DNA of 64,000 bases, taken from the NCBI GenBank assembly GCA_965218295.1, contig CBDCKN010000012.1, positions 32,001 to 96,000 of the forward strand. Direction: 5' to 3'. The DNA comes from Longimicrobiales bacterium (lineage in GTDB: Bacteria; Gemmatimonadota; Gemmatimonadetes; Longimicrobiales; Gaopeijiaceae). Both the position numbers and the translations under genes were made by a program. Positions within the stretch are counted from its first letter, which is position 1. Each line of letters begins with the position of its first letter. This document shows, in pieces, positions 59,883 to 64,000 of the stretch. The notes under the pieces are model-generated. The model was given only the letters and a program-made list of their open reading frames with translations, did not search any database and was not told where the DNA came from.

Positions 59883-61628
59883 TCAGTTCCCCACCGCCCC
59901 CGCGTCGACGTTCCTGGGATCGGCGGCCCCCATGCGGTCACCGCTCCCGGGATCGATCATGATGGAGTGAGCGAGTCCCTGCCCTTCTCGGACCGACAGC
60001 GTGTAGCCCCGCCGCTCGAGCTCGGCGACGGTGGCTGGGGACAGCCCATCCCGCTCGATGCGGACGTTGTCGGGGAGCCACTGGTGGTGTAGCCGAGGCG
60101 CGTTCACGGCCTCCTGGATGTTCATCTCGAACTCGACGAAGTTCAGGATCACCTGCATGACGGTGTTGATGATCGTCCGGCCTCCCGGGCTCCCCACCAC
60201 CGCAACCAGCTCTCCGTCCTTGGTCACGATGCTCGGCGTCATGCTGGAGAGCATGCGCTGCTCCGGACGCGCGAGATTCGGCCGGGTACCGATGAGCCCA
60301 CCGTCGTCGGTGAGGCCGGGCCCCGCGTTGAAGTCGCCCATCTCGTTATTGAGCAGAAAGCCCGCCCTGGGAACGGTGATCGCAGAGCCGTAGCCGGATT
60401 CGAGGGTATAGGTGACGGAGACCGCCATGCCGTTCCGGTCCACCACGGAGTAGTGCGTGGTCTCGGGACTCTCGTAGGGCTCCGTGACGTCCGACGGCGC
60501 CGACACGCTGGCGTTCAGCGGGTCGATGTCCGCACGGAGGTGTTCGGCATATGCCTTGCTGGTCAGCCGGTGGACAGGCACGTCCACGAAGTCGATGTCG
60601 GCGACGAAACGGGCCCGGTCACGGTAGGCTCTCCGCATGGCCTCCGTCAGGTGGTGTATATAGTCCGCCGAGTTGTGACCCATGGAGGCGAGGTCGTAGC
60701 CCTCGAGGATGTTGAGCATCTGGACCATGGCGACGCCCCCGCTGGACGGAGGCGGCATGGAGATGATGTCGTAACCTCTGTACGTGCCCTTGATGGGGGT
60801 ACGCTCCTTGGCCTGGTAGCGGGCGAGATCCTCCAGGGTGATGATGCCGCCGCCGCGCTCCATCTCCGCCGCCAGCAGGCGGGCGGTCTCTCCCTTATAG
60901 AACCCGTCGCGCCCGCCGTTGGCGATGCGCTCCAGGGTCTGCGCCAGGTCGGTTTGCACGAGCCGGTAGCCGGGCTCGAAGGGACGGCCGTCCATGGAGA
61001 ACGACGCCACGGTGCCCACGTAGGCGGCCCCCCGGCCTTCCACGAGACGCTGCAGCCCCCGGGCCAGCCGCTCGCTGATCTCGAAGCCGTCGCGGGCCAG
61101 GCCCACTGCCGGGCTCACCAGCCGCCGCCACTCCTGACCGCCGTACAGCCGGTGCGCCTTCCAGAATCCGGCTATGGTGCCGGGCACGCCCACGGCCATG
61201 TGGCTGTCGTGATGCTTGGTGCGCGAATACTCGCCGGACTCGTCGAGCCACATCTCGGGATGGGACGCCAGCGGCGCCTTCTCCCGGAAGTCGAGGGCCG
61301 TGGTGGCCCCGTCGGGGAAGCGGATCACCATGAAGCCGCCGCCGCCGATGTTGCCGGCCGACGGATGCGTCACGGCCAGCGCGAGGCCCGTTGCGATGGC
61401 AGCGTCCACGGCGTTGCCACCGGCAGCCAGCACGTCGGCGCCCGCCTTGCTGGCGTGGACGCTCTCGGACACCACCATGCCATGGGGGGCCCGAACCGGC
61501 TGAACCGTGTCGGCCTGGACGCTCGCCGGAGCGAGCGGGGCGAGGGGCTGGGGGGCGGTAAGTCCCGTCGTACCCAGCCACAGTACGGCCAAGGCCGAGA
61601 ACGTGAAGAAATGACGGCGGTCGATCAT
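59883..61628 (-). CDS. ggt: Gamma-glutamyltransferase
   Basis: GGNAVDAA, DFRE.AP, ETTHYSVVD, LNNEMGDF, LSSMTP and GSPGG motifs. Confidence 0.95.
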   Translation of the reverse strand: MIDRRHFFTFSALAVLWLGTTGLTAPQPLAPLAPASVQADTVQPVRAPHGMVVSESVHASKAGADVLAAGGNAVDAAIATGLALAVTHPSAGNIGGGGFMVIRFPDGATTALDFREKAPLASHPEMWLDESGEYSRTKHHDSHMAVGVPGTIAGFWKAHRLYGGQEWRRLVSPAVGLARDGFEISERLARGLQRLVEGRGAAYVGTVASFSMDGRPFEPGYRLVQTDLAQTLERIANGGRDGFYKGETARLLAAEMERGGGIITLEDLARYQAKERTPIKGTYRGYDIISMPPPSSGGVAMVQMLNILEGYDLASMGHNSADYIHHLTEAMRRAYRDRARFVADIDFVDVPVHRLTSKAYAEHLRADIDPLNASVSAPSDVTEPYESPETTHYSVVDRNGMAVSVTYTLESGYGSAITVPRAGFLLNNEMGDFNAGPGLTDDGGLIGTRPNLARPEQRMLSSMTPSIVTKDGELVAVVGSPGGRTIINTVMQVILNFVEFEMNIQEAVNAPRLHHQWLPDNVRIERDGLSPATVAELERRGYTLSVREGQGLAHSIMIDPGSGDRMGAADPRNVDAGAVGN

Positions 61629-61695
61629 GTAGCTCTTCCCACCTATTGGCTCGTGCCTCGGAGCTGGGCGCGCCGTTCACCGGTGACACACATCG

Positions 61696-62400
61696 TCAGC
61701 TCGATTCCACTTCCTTCACAAAGAGATCGGCCAGGACGGGACCCGCGCCCTCATCCTCGTGCTTGAAGAACACGAAGACATCGTCCCAGCCCTGATCCTT
61801 GAAGGTCCCGGCCCAGCGGGTCAGCTCTCCGGGCTCGTACGCCTCCTTGCGGAGACGAGCATATCCGTAGGAAGCCGTCGCCACCACCGGGGGATCGTCG
61901 TCCTTCCCCGTATCGGCCGTCACCAGGGCTGCACCGGCATCAACTAGAACCTGGTAGACCGCGTCGTCGAACCACGAGGAGTTACGGAACTCGAAGGCGG
62001 CTCGGAAGCCCTGGGGAAAGAGGGCCACGAAGTCCCGCAAACGCTCCACGTCCTTCTTCAGATACGGTGGAAGCTGAAAGAGGATGGGTCCCCGCCGCCC
62101 GCCGAGCTCCTCCGAGACGTCGAGGAGGTAGCCGAGCTCGTCCTCGGCCTCCTTGAGCCTCTTATGGTGCGTGATCTTGCGGGAGGCCTTGAGCACGAAC
62201 GAGAAGGCGTCTGGCACCTTCCCGGACCAGTCGGTCAACACCTTCCGCGACGGCATGCGATAGAAGGTGTTGTTGATCTCCACGGCGTTGAGCCGCTCGC
62301 CGTAGTACGAGAGCATCTGATCGTTGGGCAGATCCTCCGGATAGAAGCTTCCCTTCCACTCCTTGTACGAGAATCCGCTGGTGCCGACCCAAAACGTCAT
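61696..62400 (-). CDS. DUF72 domain protein
   Basis: GTSGFSY..W...FYP, VEINNTFY, LFQLPP and EFR..SW motifs. Confidence 0.9.
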   Translation of the reverse strand: MTFWVGTSGFSYKEWKGSFYPEDLPNDQMLSYYGERLNAVEINNTFYRMPSRKVLTDWSGKVPDAFSFVLKASRKITHHKRLKEAEDELGYLLDVSEELGGRRGPILFQLPPYLKKDVERLRDFVALFPQGFRAAFEFRNSSWFDDAVYQVLVDAGAALVTADTGKDDDPPVVATASYGYARLRKEAYEPGELTRWAGTFKDQGWDDVFVFFKHEDEGAGPVLADLFVKEVESS

Positions 62401-62456
62401 CGTCTCACCCTCCCCGGCAGGGGTCTGAACCTCCATGAACATTGGCCCGAGAGGGC

Positions 62457-63377
62457 CTACAGTAGATAGCCGCCGTCGATGGGAATCACGGTCCCCGTGA
62501 TATGCCTCGCCGCCTCAGAGCAGAGGAAGAGGACCACGCTGGCCACGTCCTGTGGATCTCCCAGCCTGCCTAGCACGCTGCGCTCACGAGCCATGTCCAG
62601 AATCTCGGCAGGCACCCCCGCCGTGAGCCGCGTGGTTCGGATGTAGCCGGGGGCGACGGCGTTTACGTTGATGTTCTTGGGGCCGAGCTCCACGGCGGCG
62701 CTTCGCGTGAAACCGATGATCCCCGCCTTGGATGCAGCGTAGTTGGCGATCCCGAACTCGCTTCGAAGCCCGTGGACGGACGTAATGTTGACAATCTTGC
62801 CCCACTCCTGCGCTCGGAGATACGGAGCCACCGCCCGGGTGAAGTAAAAAGCGCCCGTAAGATTCGTGTTCAGGACCGTGGACCACTGCTCGTCGTCCAT
62901 CCGCCAGAGCGCCCGATCGCGTCCCACCCCTGCGTTGCTCACCAGGATATGGACTCCCCCGAGACGCTCCACGGTCTTCTCGACGAATGCGTTGACCTGT
63001 TCAGCCTCCCGAACGTCGCATGCCTCGCAAAAAACCCTGACCTCCAACTCCCGGATGACGCTCGCCACCTCCTGGGCCTCGGCCCTGGACTCCTCGCCGG
63101 TGTCCAGGAAGCAGAACGCCACATCGGCGCCTGCCCGGGCGAAGTCCATGGCGATGGCCCGGCCGATTCCGCTCGATCCGCCACTGACGACGGCCACCTT
63201 GCTCCTGAGGCCCTCGAGGTTGAGGAGCGGTCGGGGCTGGGTCTGGATCCCCACCTCGTCGAGAAGCTGCTCCACAACGTCCTCCACAGCCGTGGGCTCC
63301 GCCGTGCCGATCCGCTCCGGCTCGGACGGCTCGTCACCCAGGGATGACACGGTCTTCTCGGGTCGTTGGTCGGACAT
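62457..63377 (-). CDS. SDR oxidoreductase (FabG-like)
   Basis: GGSSGIG, SNAG, YAASK and VNAVAPG motifs. Confidence 0.9.
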   Translation of the reverse strand: MSDQRPEKTVSSLGDEPSEPERIGTAEPTAVEDVVEQLLDEVGIQTQPRPLLNLEGLRSKVAVVSGGSSGIGRAIAMDFARAGADVAFCFLDTGEESRAEAQEVASVIRELEVRVFCEACDVREAEQVNAFVEKTVERLGGVHILVSNAGVGRDRALWRMDDEQWSTVLNTNLTGAFYFTRAVAPYLRAQEWGKIVNITSVHGLRSEFGIANYAASKAGIIGFTRSAAVELGPKNINVNAVAPGYIRTTRLTAGVPAEILDMARERSVLGRLGDPQDVASVVLFLCSEAARHITGTVIPIDGGYLL

Positions 63378-63494
63378 GCGTCGAGGGGAATGCTACACGG
63401 CCACGCCATCCGGGATCGGAAGGTCTCGACGTGGCAGGTAAACGCCCGTTTGCGCCATGTTACCGATCGAACCGTGTGTTTCGCAACGGAAGGC

Positions 63495-64000
63495 TCAGGA
63501 TCCGTTGAGGAGTCCCACGATCTCCCCCTCGGTCAGTGTATGGTCCGTGGCCTTGGCGGCGTCGAAGAGGATACGGCAGGCCTTCTCATCGTCGGGATCG
63601 TACCCGTGGGCGGCGAGCCAGGCTTTGACGTTCGAGAGCCCGGACATGGGGCCTATCTCGAACTCCTGGACCCTCCCCACCATGGAGGCGGGCACGCCCG
63701 AGTAGATGCGGTCGGCGAGCCAGGCGTCCCCTTTGGCCGCGGCCTTCACGATGGCGGCGGCATGCACCCCCGTACCGGTGCGGAACGCGTCGCGACCCAC
63801 CACGGGGTAGCTGCTGGCGAGGGGCACCTGACAGGCCTCGGCCGCCGCGCTGCAGTACTCGGGCAATCGCGTGAGATCGGCTTCATGGAGCCCGAGTAGC
63901 TTGAAGTTCACCAGAAGGAGATCTATCTCAACGTTGCCCACGCGCTCGCCGATGCCGAGGGCCGTGCCGTGAATGCGGGTGGCGCCGGCCTCAATGGCCG
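63495..64000 (-). CDS. LeuA-family (2-isopropylmalate synthase-like) protein; 5' part outside the window
   Basis: AGATRIHGTALGIGERVGN, VGRDAF...GVHAAAI.K and IGPMSG.SNV motifs. Confidence 0.85.
   Translation of the reverse strand, partial: AIEAGATRIHGTALGIGERVGNVEIDLLLVNFKLLGLHEADLTRLPEYCSAAAEACQVPLASSYPVVGRDAFRTGTGVHAAAIVKAAAKGDAWLADRIYSGVPASMVGRVQEFEIGPMSGLSNVKAWLAAHGYDPDDEKACRILFDAAKATDHTLTEGEIVGLLNGS

Overview
High-GC bacterial chromosome segment. Gene content and recurrent 'MSDPVxRLNAAL' kinase starts suggest Gemmatimonadota (inference). It has three zones. (1) 1-28.1 kb, mostly core and adaptive genes: cysG preceded by a Cys-rich leader peptide and terminator (a candidate cysteine attenuator), a MerR-like regulator coupled to a signal-less alpha-2-macroglobulin-like thioester protein, S46 peptidase, serine hydrolase, a four-gene minor type IV pilin cluster, rnpB abutting tRNA-Arg(CCG), and an operon of a kinase-like/BamA-TamA barrel protein, ppk1 and a DUF5706 membrane protein. 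(2) About 28.1-51.7 kb, a decaying accessory island ending at tRNA-Lys(CTT). It holds many IS copies (IS3-like with unusual ends, IS407-group, IS256, IS21 and IS481 remnants, partly nested), repeated att-arm-like motifs, a probable solo integron cassette, gene stubs, an atypical transaldolase/FSA, a conflict-system relic, and an intact di-heme oxidoreductase-Rieske-porin operon behind tandem DtxR/MntR-like boxes. (3) 51.9-64 kb, housekeeping genes (acyl-CoA dehydrogenase, IDH/IPMDH family, msrB, DUF3179, ilvE, ggt, DUF72, SDRs, partial leuA-like) plus a 165-bp MITE. Several single-indel frameshifts lie in homopolymer or dinucleotide runs and may be assembly errors. No CRISPR array or rRNA was seen. 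Family calls come from motif recognition by eye; no searches were run.
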